Assembly (NCBI GenBank): GCA_004213405.1
Contig: SGYR01000001.1
Location: forward strand, 8,866 to 72,865
Origin: Candidatus Actinomarinales bacterium
GTDB lineage: Bacteria; Actinomycetota; Acidimicrobiia; Actinomarinales; Actinomarinaceae
Length of the DNA: 64,000 nt
Direction: 5' to 3'
The stretch's first letter is position 1, and every line of letters begins with the position of its first letter. The notes under the pieces are model-generated. The model was not told where the DNA came from, ran no database searches, and saw only the letters and a program-made list of their open reading frames with translations. Positions 1 through 9,531 of the stretch are shown piece by piece. Made by a program: the position numbers and the translations under genes.

Positions 1-186
1 CATTTTGCCTCTTGGTGTTTCAACTTCAACTAGACACATTCTGCACATGCCGACGGGATCTAAGCGTTTGTGCCAACAAAATCTTGGAATGTGAATTCCA
101 GAGTCTTCACATGCTTCAATTAATAACTTATTAGGATCAGACTCAATTTCTATACCGTTAACATTTAAATTAACTTTTTCACTCAT
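1..186 (-). CDS. nuoG: NADH-quinone oxidoreductase subunit G, N-terminal fragment (runs off window)
   Basis: Reverse-complement of 1..186 translates MSEKVNLNVNGIEIESDPNKLLIEACEDSGIHIPRFCWHKRLDPVGMCRMCLVEVETPRGKM = 2Fe-2S ferredoxin-like N-terminus of NuoG; ATG overlaps nuoF stop (ATGA); follows nuoF in canonical order. Confidence 0.7.
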   Translation of the reverse strand, partial: MSEKVNLNVNGIEIESDPNKLLIEACEDSGIHIPRFCWHKRLDPVGMCRMCLVEVETPRGKM

Positions 187-1472
187 AAAAGAACTTTCGT
201 AGGAATTAAACTCTCTACCTCATCTCTAAAATCATTCATTAGTGAAGTAATTGGAGAGACTGCAGATGGACCAAGGGGGCAAATTGTGGTCATTTTAGGT
301 GGCCACGATAAGCCTGGAGAGATATTATCGCAAACATCAAGTAGTAAATTCATATCAGAAGTTCTCCCTCTACCACTAGCTATCCTATCTAGTATCATTT
401 CAAGCCATGTTGTTCCTTCACGACATGGAGTACATTGGCCACATGATTCATGTGCAAAAAAACTGACTATGCTTTTTGCCGCACTTACAAGATTCGTATC
501 TTCATCCATCATTACCACAGCACCTGAGCCAAGCATTGAATTGTTGTTAGCTACATCATCAATTGTCATTTTTATGTCTAGCTGATCTCCTCTAAACCAT
601 GGTGCAGAAGCACCTCCAGGTATATAAGCTTTAACTTTTTTATTATTTCTTATACCCCCACCCAGTGTTTCTACAAATTCACCAAAAGAACTACCCATTT
701 CAATTTCATAGTTTCCTGGGTTATTTACATGTCCAGACAAACTAAAAATCCTAGTACCTGTAGAGCCTTCAACCCCTAACTTGTTGTACTCTTCGCCACC
801 ATTCTCAATTATCCAAGGTACAGAGGAAATTGTTTCAACGTTATTTACCAAAGTTGGTTTCATATATAAACCTTTTACTGCTGGGAAGTAAGGAGGTTTT
901 AGTCTTGGTTCTCCTCTTCTGCCTTCGAGTGAATTAAGCAGTGCGGTTTCTTCACCACATATATACGCCCCTGCTCCTAGATGGACAACTATGTCAAGAT
1001 TGATCTCGGAACCGAAAATATTCTTTCCCAAATATCCTTTTTGATATGCTTGTTCTACTGCTTGCTGAACTCTTCTAGCAGGCTTCGCATACTCTCCTCT
1101 TATGTATATAAAAGCTTCTTTTATGTTTGCTGAAAAACAAGTAATGATAATGCCCTCAATCAGTTGGTGAGGATCTCTTTCCAATAAAATCCTATCCTTG
1201 AATGTACCTGGTTCTGACTCGTCTGCATTTATTACTAAATATCTATCTTCATCTTCAGCCAAAAATCCCCACTTAACTCCGGTTGGGAATCCTGCACCAC
1301 CTCTTCCTCTTATATTTGATGCCTTAATTTCTTCTAATATTTTTTCAGGAGAGCTTTCTAAGATTGTTTTTTTTGCAGTCGTGTACCCATTGTTTTTTTC
1401 ATAACTATCAATTAGATGGCTATCTTCCGGATTATCTCGCATGTGTTTTGTAAGAAGAATGGTTTCTTTCAT
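183..1472 (-). CDS. nuoF: NADH-quinone oxidoreductase subunit F
   Basis: GGAGFPTG FMN/NADH motif, ESCGQCTPCREG 4Fe-4S motif; operon position. Confidence 0.95.
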   Translation of the reverse strand: MKETILLTKHMRDNPEDSHLIDSYEKNNGYTTAKKTILESSPEKILEEIKASNIRGRGGAGFPTGVKWGFLAEDEDRYLVINADESEPGTFKDRILLERDPHQLIEGIIITCFSANIKEAFIYIRGEYAKPARRVQQAVEQAYQKGYLGKNIFGSEINLDIVVHLGAGAYICGEETALLNSLEGRRGEPRLKPPYFPAVKGLYMKPTLVNNVETISSVPWIIENGGEEYNKLGVEGSTGTRIFSLSGHVNNPGNYEIEMGSSFGEFVETLGGGIRNNKKVKAYIPGGASAPWFRGDQLDIKMTIDDVANNNSMLGSGAVVMMDEDTNLVSAAKSIVSFFAHESCGQCTPCREGTTWLEMILDRIASGRGRTSDMNLLLDVCDNISPGLSWPPKMTTICPLGPSAVSPITSLMNDFRDEVESLIPTKVLL

Positions 1473-2083
1473 TTTTTTACCTTAGTTGTCTTTAAAGTTT
1501 GAAAGCCTGGAGCTGTAGAGGTAGCACCAGAGTTATCTTGAATAGCCCAATCAAAAGATTTTATACCTCCGAAGTTTTCTTGCATTTCATCAGCTACAAC
1601 AACATCTGGTTTTGTTTCTTTTAACCATTTGCACAAATTTATCGCATTTTCAGGAGTTACACCCTCAACTGTCTCATAGTTGACTTGTACTGCTGGAGCT
1701 CCACCGCAAGCACCAATACATTCCACAGCCTCAAAGGTGAATAATTCTTCTTCATCAGTTTCATTATTATTTAAGCCCGTAAATTCTTGAACTTTATTAA
1801 TTACTTCGCTTGAATTATTGATCTCACAAGATATTGATTTACAAACACTTAATAAGTACTTTCCAGTTGGTTCTTGCTTGTACATTGAGTAAAACGTCGA
1901 AACTGATTTCACTTGTACTTCTGTTATACCTACTAATTCACTTATTACAGTTATTGAGTCATCAGAAATATAGCCATCCTTACTTTGTGCTAAATGCAAA
2001 AGAGGACCTAGTGCGGATCTTTTTTGAGGATAGAGCTTAATTATTTTTTTTGCCTGTTTTAATAATTTATCATCCCAACTCAT
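1469..2083 (-). CDS. nuoE: NADH-quinone oxidoreductase subunit E
   Basis: Thioredoxin-like 2Fe-2S motif CxxxxC...CIGACGGAP; 4-nt overlap with nuoF. Confidence 0.9.
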   Translation of the reverse strand: MSWDDKLLKQAKKIIKLYPQKRSALGPLLHLAQSKDGYISDDSITVISELVGITEVQVKSVSTFYSMYKQEPTGKYLLSVCKSISCEINNSSEVINKVQEFTGLNNNETDEEELFTFEAVECIGACGGAPAVQVNYETVEGVTPENAINLCKWLKETKPDVVVADEMQENFGGIKSFDWAIQDNSGATSTAPGFQTLKTTKVKK

Positions 2084-3456
2084 CTATCTACATCTCCTAT
2101 CACGGGATCTAAGGAAGCTATTGCAGCAACAGCATCTGCAATTGGACTATCAGTCATAATGACAGGAAGTGCTTGAAGATTACAAAAAGAAGGACCCCGG
2201 ACATGCATTCTGTAAGGCTTTGCTGAACCATCGGAAACTATGTAACAACCTAGCTCTCCTCTGGGTGACTCAACGGCAACATATGCATCGCCCTCAGGAA
2301 CTTTAAAACCCTCTGTATAAATTTTAAAATGATGAATTAGAGCTTCCATTGATTCATCTAATCTTTTGCGTGGGGGTGGTGTAATTTTTTTATCTTGAAC
2401 TTTATAAGGGCCTTTTGGCATATTGTTCATTGCTTGTTCAATGATTTTTAGACTTTCAAAAATTTCTAATACTTTTACTCTCCATCTAGCAAACACGTCA
2501 CCTTCAGTTAAAATTGGAACATCAAATTCATAATTTTCTATTCCCGAGTAAGGTTGAGACTTTCTTAAATCCCAAGAGTACCCAGAAGCTCTTAAGCTTG
2601 GTCCAGTTACACCATAAGCAAAGCACTCCTCTGTGGTGAGGATTCCAACATTTTGTAATCTTCCTTTCCAAATAGGATTGTCCAGGAGCATGTCATCGTA
2701 ATCTTTTAACTTTTCAGGTATTATTTTTAAAATTTCTTCAACATCTTTCTGCCACCCATCAGGTAAATCTGCTGCTACTCCACCAGGCCTTATATAGTTA
2801 TGGTTCATTCTTAGCCCTGTTGTTTTTTCAAAGAAATTTAAAATTAACTCTCTTTCTCGGAAGCCAAAAATCATCATGGATAAGGCTCCTATATCCATTC
2901 CACCAGTCGCAAGAGCAACTAAATGTGACGAAACCCTATTAAGTTCGGTCATTAAAATTCTTATTGTTTCTGCCCTTTTAGGCACTTCAATACCAATAAG
3001 TTTTTCAGTTGTGAGAGAGAAAACTAACTCGTTAAATAAGGGGGAAAGATAATCCATTCTTGTTGTGTTAGTTGGGCCTTGAAAATAATTTAACTCTTCA
3101 CCAGTTTTTTCCATACCTGTATGTAAATATCCAATAATTGGCTTAACACGCCTTACAACCTCTCCTTCAAGCTCTGCCTGAAGTCTTAAAACACCATGAG
3201 TTGAAGGATGCTGAGGTCCCATATTTACTATCATTCTTTCATCATCAGACGTATCCTCATCAATAACAAAATCATCAACTACTTCGGTTCCTGTCTGTAT
3301 TTTTATTTGCTTTTCATTTTCGTTTTCAAGCATTTTTTGAGAACCTTCGTCAGTTGAAGATATATTCCAGCCACCTTCTTCTGAATTTGTAGCCCAAAAA
3401 TCTAATTTATTTTTAAAATTACTGAGCTTACTTTTTTTAATTTTATTATTTTTCAC
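2080..3456 (-). CDS. nuoD: NADH-quinone oxidoreductase subunit D (with ~45 aa Lys-rich N-terminal extension if GTG start is real)
   Basis: MIVNMGPQHPSTHGVLRL signature; start uncertain (GTG at 3456 vs internal ATG of MLENENEK). Confidence 0.9.
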   Translation of the reverse strand: MKNNKIKKSKLSNFKNKLDFWATNSEEGGWNISSTDEGSQKMLENENEKQIKIQTGTEVVDDFVIDEDTSDDERMIVNMGPQHPSTHGVLRLQAELEGEVVRRVKPIIGYLHTGMEKTGEELNYFQGPTNTTRMDYLSPLFNELVFSLTTEKLIGIEVPKRAETIRILMTELNRVSSHLVALATGGMDIGALSMMIFGFRERELILNFFEKTTGLRMNHNYIRPGGVAADLPDGWQKDVEEILKIIPEKLKDYDDMLLDNPIWKGRLQNVGILTTEECFAYGVTGPSLRASGYSWDLRKSQPYSGIENYEFDVPILTEGDVFARWRVKVLEIFESLKIIEQAMNNMPKGPYKVQDKKITPPPRKRLDESMEALIHHFKIYTEGFKVPEGDAYVAVESPRGELGCYIVSDGSAKPYRMHVRGPSFCNLQALPVIMTDSPIADAVAAIASLDPVIGDVDR

Positions 3457-3870
3457 TTAATCAACCTTTGGCGCATTTTTAAACTGTACTGGTATTCTTC
3501 CAGATCCATAATTTTTTCTTAATGGATGCCCTTCCCAATCATCAGGCATTAAGATTCTTGTTAGGTCTGGATGGTCTTCAAAAACGATACCGAACATGTC
3601 ATAGGCTTCTCTTTCATAAAAATTTGCACTAGGGTATATTTCAGTTATTGAAGGTATTGTTAAATCTTCATCATTAACAAATACTTTTACTGTCTTACGT
3701 GAATTTTTTGAAGTTGATAAAAATTGAACAACTATTTCAAATCTAGGTTCTTTTTTTCTAAACCAATCAACTACTGTTAGGTCTACCATCATTTCAAATC
3801 CATCTTTTTTTAGGGATTCGATTAGTTCTTTATATTCTTCTGTTGTGGTACTAATAATTTCAGGGTTCAT
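3457..3870 (-). CDS. nuoC: NADH-quinone oxidoreductase subunit C (short form)
   Basis: NuoC signature [22 protein letters not shown]; position between nuoB and nuoD. Confidence 0.8.
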   Translation of the reverse strand: MNPEIISTTTEEYKELIESLKKDGFEMMVDLTVVDWFRKKEPRFEIVVQFLSTSKNSRKTVKVFVNDEDLTIPSITEIYPSANFYEREAYDMFGIVFEDHPDLTRILMPDDWEGHPLRKNYGSGRIPVQFKNAPKVD

Positions 3871-4328
3871 CTATTTATCTCTCCATCCATTATTTTGTCG
3901 TGTAAAGTTAAAATTCCATGCATAAGCGACTGCGGTCCTGGTGGGCATCCGGGAACATAAATATCAACTGGAACTATGTGGTCTACACCCTGAACTAAAG
4001 CATAGTTGTTGAACATTCCACCAGTTGAAGAGCAAGCGCCCATAGCGATTACCCATTTAGGATCAGCCATTTGATCATAAACTTGTCTCAACACTGGTGC
4101 CATTTTTTGAGATACTCTTCCAGCTACAATCATCAAGTCTGCTTGTCGGGGTGATGCTCTAAAAACTTCCATTCCATATCTTGCTAAATCATATTTAGCA
4201 CTTCCAGCAGCCATCATTTCTATTGCACAGCATGCAAGTCCAAATGTGACTGGCCACATTGATTGAGTCCTTGACCATCTGACAGCTTTATCAATAGTTG
4301 TTGTGAAGATATTGTCAGGAGTGTACAT
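3867..4328 (-). CDS. nuoB: NADH-quinone oxidoreductase subunit B
   Basis: CCAIEMM and GCPPGP Fe-S ligating motifs. Confidence 0.95.
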   Translation of the reverse strand: MYTPDNIFTTTIDKAVRWSRTQSMWPVTFGLACCAIEMMAAGSAKYDLARYGMEVFRASPRQADLMIVAGRVSQKMAPVLRQVYDQMADPKWVIAMGACSSTGGMFNNYALVQGVDHIVPVDIYVPGCPPGPQSLMHGILTLHDKIMDGEINR

Positions 4329-4729
4329 TATGCTACTTCCTGCAATTCTTCTTTGAAGTATCTCTCTCTACGTGGAATATTCCAATCTAGTACTCCTTTT
4401 TTCCAAACATAGTAAAGAGTCTCTAAAACAAAAAATGTAAATATTGATATGGCAGCTATGCCGAACCATCCTAAGTCATTAAACCTTGTAGCCCATGCAA
4501 ATAAAAATATTATTTCAATGTCAAAAACAATATAAAGCATTGCAACCATGTAAAACTTGACTGGAAACCTTTGAGATGGTTCAACTTCTGGAAAAATCCC
4601 ACATTCATAGGGTGCAAGTTTTTCAGGCGTTGCATTTTTTGGCGATAATATATATGAAACACCAAGTGAAGCTAAAGCAAAACCAACTGCAACAACCAGC
4701 ATAACCAGTATCGGAAGCCAATCTAACAT
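4328..4729 (-). CDS. nuoA: NADH-quinone oxidoreductase subunit A
   Basis: 3-TM protein with FDIEIIFLF motif; first gene of nuo operon. Confidence 0.9.
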   Translation of the reverse strand: MLDWLPILVMLVVAVGFALASLGVSYILSPKNATPEKLAPYECGIFPEVEPSQRFPVKFYMVAMLYIVFDIEIIFLFAWATRFNDLGWFGIAAISIFTFFVLETLYYVWKKGVLDWNIPRRERYFKEELQEVA

Positions 4730-4742
4730 GTTCCCTCCATAT

Positions 4743-4760
4743 TTGTGAAATTTTTCACAA
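4743..4760. promoter_or_regulatory. Rex operator (TTGTGAA-ATTT-TTCACAA) in nuoA upstream region
   Basis: Perfect 7-4-7 inverted repeat matching the Rex operator consensus TTGTGAA-N4-TTCACAA, 14 bp upstream of nuoA start; rex gene at 6182..6826. Confidence 0.75.
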
Positions 4761-4808
4761 GCTATACTCTTATTGTACTACCAATAATATGTTAAATTAT
4801 TTCGCTAA

Positions 4809-6074
4809 TTAGTTTTTTGAACTAAGTACTAAAAGTTTTGTTGGAATTATAAATTTGTAAGCTATTTTGAAGACTTCTTTTAAAGTTAGGTAGGCTTCGT
4901 CAAATAATAATTCCACAACAAAGTCAATTGTATCCTGATCATTTGAGGCAACTCTTAACAATCTTTTGGTCATAAATGGACTCTGTAAAATTAGTCTTGC
5001 TAAAGCACAACTTAAATAGTGTTTTCTGAATCTTTTGCTGAACTCTTTTTCGTATATGTCAATTCCATCACTTAATTTTTCTGAATGAATTATTTCATGT
5101 GTATTTTTAGCTAATAAATAACCTGCTTCCATGCCATAGAATATTCCCTCTCCACTCATCGGATTTATCATAGAGCTTGCATCTCCAATTAATGCAATAT
5201 TTAGATCTTTGTTTCGCTTTGGTCTCGATGAAGCAAAAGGAAGTAAATATGATTTTTGTTTTCTAATGTTTTCAACAATTACTCCTCTGCTTTCAAGCTC
5301 AGATACAAAATTATCAAGCAATACATTAATATCTAATTTATCTTTTTTAAATATGCTTACCGGAACACCTATTCCTATATTTAACAAATTACCCTTGCTT
5401 GGAAATGCCCAAGCATATCCTTTGTCTGCGGATACATTTATTTCGAACATTAGCGTTCTCTCATTGAATACCTCTAGGTAGTTAGGACTATCGATGTAAG
5501 CTCTTATGGCTATAGCTTTATGCCAATCAGAATTCGATTTATAACTTAATTTTTTTCTGATTCTTGAATTTGCTCCATCGGCCCCTACAAGAATCTTTGT
5601 TAAAAATTCTAAGTTTTCATTTTCATTCTTGATTTGTACATTTAAACTTTTGTCCAAATTAGAAGTGAAGTTTACAAAACTATATCCTTCATAAACATCA
5701 ACACCACATTCCTTAGCTAAGTCCAATATTCTATTATCTAGGTCTACTCGAGGAATAACATATACTATTGAATCTTCCTTATTTTTTACTTCAGGAATAT
5801 AATTTTGAATACCAATGTTGTCCGGCCCGTAAAGAGTTGTTGAAACAACTTGTGGCTCACCATCTAAAATATGTTCATTGTTAAATCTTTTTAATGCACT
5901 TATTACTCCAGGACCAATCGCATCCCCACATGATTTATCTCTTGGAAATATTGCTTTATCAACTAATCCAACTGTTAAGTTGGGATTTAAGTTTTTATAA
6001 GAAATAGCAGCATTTGCACCAGCTGGGCCGGCACCAATTATTAAAACATCATAATTTTTAGGGCTTTTTTCCAT
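4809..6074 (-). CDS. Geranylgeranyl reductase family FAD-dependent oxidoreductase (menaquinone/isoprenoid reductase-like)
   Basis: N-terminal DVLIIGAGPAGANAA Rossmann FAD motif; family typically adjacent to nuo in Actinobacteria (MenJ-like). Confidence 0.7.
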   Translation of the reverse strand: MEKSPKNYDVLIIGAGPAGANAAISYKNLNPNLTVGLVDKAIFPRDKSCGDAIGPGVISALKRFNNEHILDGEPQVVSTTLYGPDNIGIQNYIPEVKNKEDSIVYVIPRVDLDNRILDLAKECGVDVYEGYSFVNFTSNLDKSLNVQIKNENENLEFLTKILVGADGANSRIRKKLSYKSNSDWHKAIAIRAYIDSPNYLEVFNERTLMFEINVSADKGYAWAFPSKGNLLNIGIGVPVSIFKKDKLDINVLLDNFVSELESRGVIVENIRKQKSYLLPFASSRPKRNKDLNIALIGDASSMINPMSGEGIFYGMEAGYLLAKNTHEIIHSEKLSDGIDIYEKEFSKRFRKHYLSCALARLILQSPFMTKRLLRVASNDQDTIDFVVELLFDEAYLTLKEVFKIAYKFIIPTKLLVLSSKN

Positions 6075-6181
6075 ATTTTACTAACTTACATTGTATTTCC
6101 ATTAATACGAAACTAAATAAAGCTAATAAATAAATTTAAATAATTACATATAATTTCAGTATCTAATTAGATTGTGCATTA

Positions 6182-6826
6182 GTGAAAGAAAATAAAAAAA
6201 TACCACCAGCTACGGTAAAGAGATTACCGCTTTATTTACAGTGCCTGGATCAAGTTAGTGATGATGATATTGGTATTTCATCAAGTAAATTAGCTGAACT
6301 AGCAAAAGTAAATGATGCTCAAGTTAGAAGAGATTTGTCATATCTTGGTACCCTAGGCACAAGAGGTGTTGGTTATGATATCTCTACTCTTAGAAATCAA
6401 CTTCAGCTTGAACTTGGCCTTGTTGAAGGCTGGAGCGCTGTAATTGTAGGTATTGGTAATTTGGGGTCAGCTTTGGCACATTATGGTGGATTTAGAGAAA
6501 AAGGTTTTGGAATTGTTGGACTGTTTGATGATGATCCCAAGAAAATTAATAGTCAAGTTGCAGGCTTAGTTATCAAACCTTTAACTGATTTAGAAAAGTA
6601 CTGTGAAAAATTCAATGTAGCAATTGGAATAATTGCGACTCCTGGCGAATATGCTCAAGGTGTTGCAGATCAATTAATTGGATGTGGAGTAAGATCAATT
6701 CTTAATTTTGCACCCGTACTTCTTAAAAATGTACCAGATGTACAAATAAGATCGGTTGATCTCTCCCAAGAATTACAAATTTTGAGCTACTACTTAGATA
6801 GACCAGTCCTAAAGGCAGTTGACTAG
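6182..6826 (+). CDS. rex: Redox-sensing transcriptional repressor Rex
   Basis: N-terminal winged helix (KRLPLYLQ), Rossmann VIVGIGNLGSALA NADH-binding domain; GTG start. Confidence 0.9.
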   Translation: MKENKKIPPATVKRLPLYLQCLDQVSDDDIGISSSKLAELAKVNDAQVRRDLSYLGTLGTRGVGYDISTLRNQLQLELGLVEGWSAVIVGIGNLGSALAHYGGFREKGFGIVGLFDDDPKKINSQVAGLVIKPLTDLEKYCEKFNVAIGIIATPGEYAQGVADQLIGCGVRSILNFAPVLLKNVPDVQIRSVDLSQELQILSYYLDRPVLKAVD

Positions 6827-6827
6827 A

Positions 6828-8108
6828 CTATTTTTGATATACATATCCTAATACTGCTCTAATTACCAAACTAACATTTAAACTTAACCAAAGTGTTGAA
6901 ATAGTATTCTCAGTTCTTAGAAGATAACTGCAAATTAAAAATCCTGAAATTGAAGAAATTACAGTTAACAGTGAGAACTCTTTTGACTTATCAAGTCCTA
7001 ACAAAATTCCATCCCAAAGAAATGCAAAACAACCAATAAATAAACTTGCAGCTACCATCAATTTTAAATTTGTGTTCAGCAATGAATCAAAACTATTAGC
7101 AGCAAATATCTGTACAAAATCTTCAAGAAATATGACTGTTGCTACGGTAAGGAAGATCGAAATTAAAGTTGTTACAGAAATAATTTCTTTTTGTAATAAA
7201 GATTTCTGATATTTTTCCTTTTTTGAAATTAATTCAGAAATTAAAGTTTGTGAAGCTATTGCAATTGCATCGACAAAAATATATCCAACAGACCAAAGTT
7301 GTAAAAGAATATGCTGTAGAGCAATTTCTTCCATTGACATTAATGAAGACCTATTTCTTAAGTAGGCCATGAAAAGAGTCAAAAATAGTGACCGAATGAG
7401 TATATAAACACCAACACTGAAAAATTTCTTTCTCATGCTAACTTTGTCAACATTTTCACTTGTTGAGGAAAGGGTGTTTTGGTGCTTTTTTAATACGACA
7501 GTTGAATAAATTGACGAACACAAAAACGCAAGTGAACTTGCAAAACCAATTCCAGCTGCACCAAAATCCAGGAATAAACCAAAAAACAAGCTAAAAATTA
7601 TATTGAAAGCTGACACTATAAAAGCACTATAAAAAGTGATCTTGGCTACTTTAAGGCCCCTCAAAACAGCTGTTGAGTGCATATTTATTAAGTAAAATGG
7701 TAATCCAACACATCTAAAAATCAGATAGTCAGATGACAAAACTTTGATCTTATTGGTTGGCTCAAATGTAGAAATAAAATAGTCACTACTTAAATAAAGA
7801 ATTAAGAATGAAATTAAACCTAGTAATATAGATACATTTCTTCCAAACTTTATAAAATAATTTAATCTATTTACTTCATTTTTAGTATTTAATGATGATA
7901 CAAGTGGTGTTGTTCCGTACGCTAAAAATATAAAAACCCAGATGAAAACAAAATAAATTGTTTCACCAATCCCAATAGCAGAGAGAGTATCTAGATTTAT
8001 AATACTTGCTATTTTTGAATCAATTAACCCTACTATTGGTTCCAATGCAAGCCATAGAAATATTGGATAAGAATTAATCCATATGTCTTTTCTAACAGAA
8101 TTAATCAT
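6828..8108 (-). CDS. MATE family efflux transporter (DinF/NorM-like)
   Basis: 12-TM protein; N-terminus PIFLWLALEPIVGLIDSKIASIINLDTLSAIGIGETIY matches MATE family start. Confidence 0.65.
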   Translation of the reverse strand: MINSVRKDIWINSYPIFLWLALEPIVGLIDSKIASIINLDTLSAIGIGETIYFVFIWVFIFLAYGTTPLVSSLNTKNEVNRLNYFIKFGRNVSILLGLISFLILYLSSDYFISTFEPTNKIKVLSSDYLIFRCVGLPFYLINMHSTAVLRGLKVAKITFYSAFIVSAFNIIFSLFFGLFLDFGAAGIGFASSLAFLCSSIYSTVVLKKHQNTLSSTSENVDKVSMRKKFFSVGVYILIRSLFLTLFMAYLRNRSSLMSMEEIALQHILLQLWSVGYIFVDAIAIASQTLISELISKKEKYQKSLLQKEIISVTTLISIFLTVATVIFLEDFVQIFAANSFDSLLNTNLKLMVAASLFIGCFAFLWDGILLGLDKSKEFSLLTVISSISGFLICSYLLRTENTISTLWLSLNVSLVIRAVLGYVYQK

Positions 8109-8400
8109 TTAATTTTTTTGCTTTAGTTAGGCCCCATAACATAATTTGTTCATGTGCATCAGGTCCTAAATTTTGTGGTGTAATAATTTTCTTCACATCA
8201 TATTTATTTTTTACAAACTCGTTTAAAAATTGAGTTGGGGTTTGTGTTTGGTCGATATACGGAAGAGAAAATTCAGAAAATAATTCATTCTCTAATATTT
8301 GAAAATCAGATTCTTCTATTTTGACTTTTTCATTTTTTAAGTAAAACTTTAAACCATTAGTTAAAATCTTTACAAAAGAATTTATATCAATACTACTCAT
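8101..8400 (-). CDS. Hypothetical small cytoplasmic protein (99 aa)
   Basis: ORF translationally coupled (4-nt and 8-nt overlaps) between CvpA-CAP gene and MATE gene; no recognisable motif. Confidence 0.45.
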   Translation of the reverse strand: MSSIDINSFVKILTNGLKFYLKNEKVKIEESDFQILENELFSEFSLPYIDQTQTPTQFLNEFVKNKYDVKKIITPQNLGPDAHEQIMLWGLTKAKKLND

Positions 8401-9407
8401 GAAAAAACCTGAACAATTATTAGTCCAATCGGTCCTGATACTACTCCAATACCTACCCTGCGAAATTCATTATCTAAAATAGTATTTCTATGTGAATCTG
8501 ATTGCATTAAGCTTTGATGTCCTGACCTTACAGTTGATGCAATTGCTAAGTTTTCTCCAACTGTTGTAAAAGGAAAGCCAACTTTTGAAAGTCTTTCATT
8601 TACACTTTCACCATTATTTGGATTCTGATGACACCAAAAACCACCAACATACATTTCATATGCATAAGCTTGCGCAACATTGGATAATATTTGATTTAAT
8701 TCAAGTCCATCAACATTTTCATTTTGTCTCTCTAGAGAAAGTAAGTTATAAATCTCTATAGAAAAATCTTGTCGCGACTGAAGATTGGATTCATTATATC
8801 TTGGAATTTCTAGACAACCATCATCATCAACGACTACAGATGATTTTCCGGTTAAATAATTAATCCTATTTACAACTTTTAATAAATCGGTACCGATAAT
8901 CACTTCTAAAGTTTGTTGAGGAGATCCTTCTGGGCTTACATAGAAATTAACAAGATTTGATTCTTTTACCGAATTTTCAAATAAGGTTGGGAGGTTTACA
9001 ATATTTAGTGCAGTAAAAATTAAAGTCAGAATTAAATTACTTACTAAAAGTGATATGGCTGCTCCCAAAGCTTTGCTTCCTATATCTGAGGTTTTTATAC
9101 TATTGTTTAACAAATTTTGTAAAAATGATGCAATAGTCAATATTGCTACAAAAATTATTATGCCCCCAAATACTTCTGACAACTGTAGATTTGAATTTAA
9201 CCAACTGCTAATGTATGCACCAATCTCATCTGAATATCGAAAACTTAAAGAAACTGCAATTAAAAGCGAAAATAGATAAAATATCTGAAAAACTGCGCCT
9301 TTTTTCCATCCAAAATAGAGAAAATATAGTATGAAAACATACATAAATATGTCCAAATACTGTTGATTTGATAAATCAATTAGTAAATTTTCGATTATTT
9401 CACTCAT
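8397..9407 (-). CDS. CvpA-family membrane domain fused to C-terminal CAP/SCP (YkwD-like) domain protein
   Basis: N-terminal 4 TM with CvpA-like Gly-rich first helix; C-terminus GGFWCHQNP...GHQSLMQSDSHRNTILDNEFRRVGIGVV resembles YkwD/CAP HxxNxL...GxG motifs. Confidence 0.55.
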   Translation of the reverse strand: MSEIIENLLIDLSNQQYLDIFMYVFILYFLYFGWKKGAVFQIFYLFSLLIAVSLSFRYSDEIGAYISSWLNSNLQLSEVFGGIIIFVAILTIASFLQNLLNNSIKTSDIGSKALGAAISLLVSNLILTLIFTALNIVNLPTLFENSVKESNLVNFYVSPEGSPQQTLEVIIGTDLLKVVNRINYLTGKSSVVVDDDGCLEIPRYNESNLQSRQDFSIEIYNLLSLERQNENVDGLELNQILSNVAQAYAYEMYVGGFWCHQNPNNGESVNERLSKVGFPFTTVGENLAIASTVRSGHQSLMQSDSHRNTILDNEFRRVGIGVVSGPIGLIIVQVFS

Positions 9408-9531
9408 TATTATTCATTTTATTTGTAAATTATTTAATTCTGCTATTGAATAGTACTAAATATCCGCTATTGTTTAATAATTCCTACAAATTAGTAGGAT
9501 TTTTTAATTTCAGTGACTGAAAGGAAATTAT

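Noticed and set aside
286-585. 99-aa + strand ORF inside nuoF
   Set aside because: Antisense to a well-supported conserved gene; low-complexity composition. Same reasoning applies to other embedded antisense ORFs (1198..1404, 1834..2040, 5209..5481, 9055..9279, 10945..11171, 12683..12913, 13999..14205, 14539..14748, 15771..16022, 16282..16926, 17468..17662, 18097..18363, 22905..23099, 24038..24916, 25616..25909, 26242..26478, 27124..27327, 27844..28104, 31122..31349, 35765..36235, 38408..38641, 39982..40272, 41093..41299, 41971..42240, 43079..43306, 44365..44897, 45543..45803, 46184..46393, 49340..49522, 51367..51564, 53073..53255, 58436..59140, 59541..60370, 60474..60830, 61756..61971, 62194..62412, 63495..63818).
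6150-6185. TTGTGCA-TTAG-TGAAAGA upstream/at start of rex as possible autoregulatory Rex site
   Set aside because: Only the left half-site matches; right half is not TTCACAA and overlaps the GTG start codon.
9443-9498. Two short palindromes (CTATTGAATAG; CCTAC-AAATTA-GTAGG) in the divergent region between CvpA-CAP gene and livJ-like SBP
   Set aside because: Only 5-bp arms in AT-rich DNA; could be chance. Possible Lrp-type site but unsupported.
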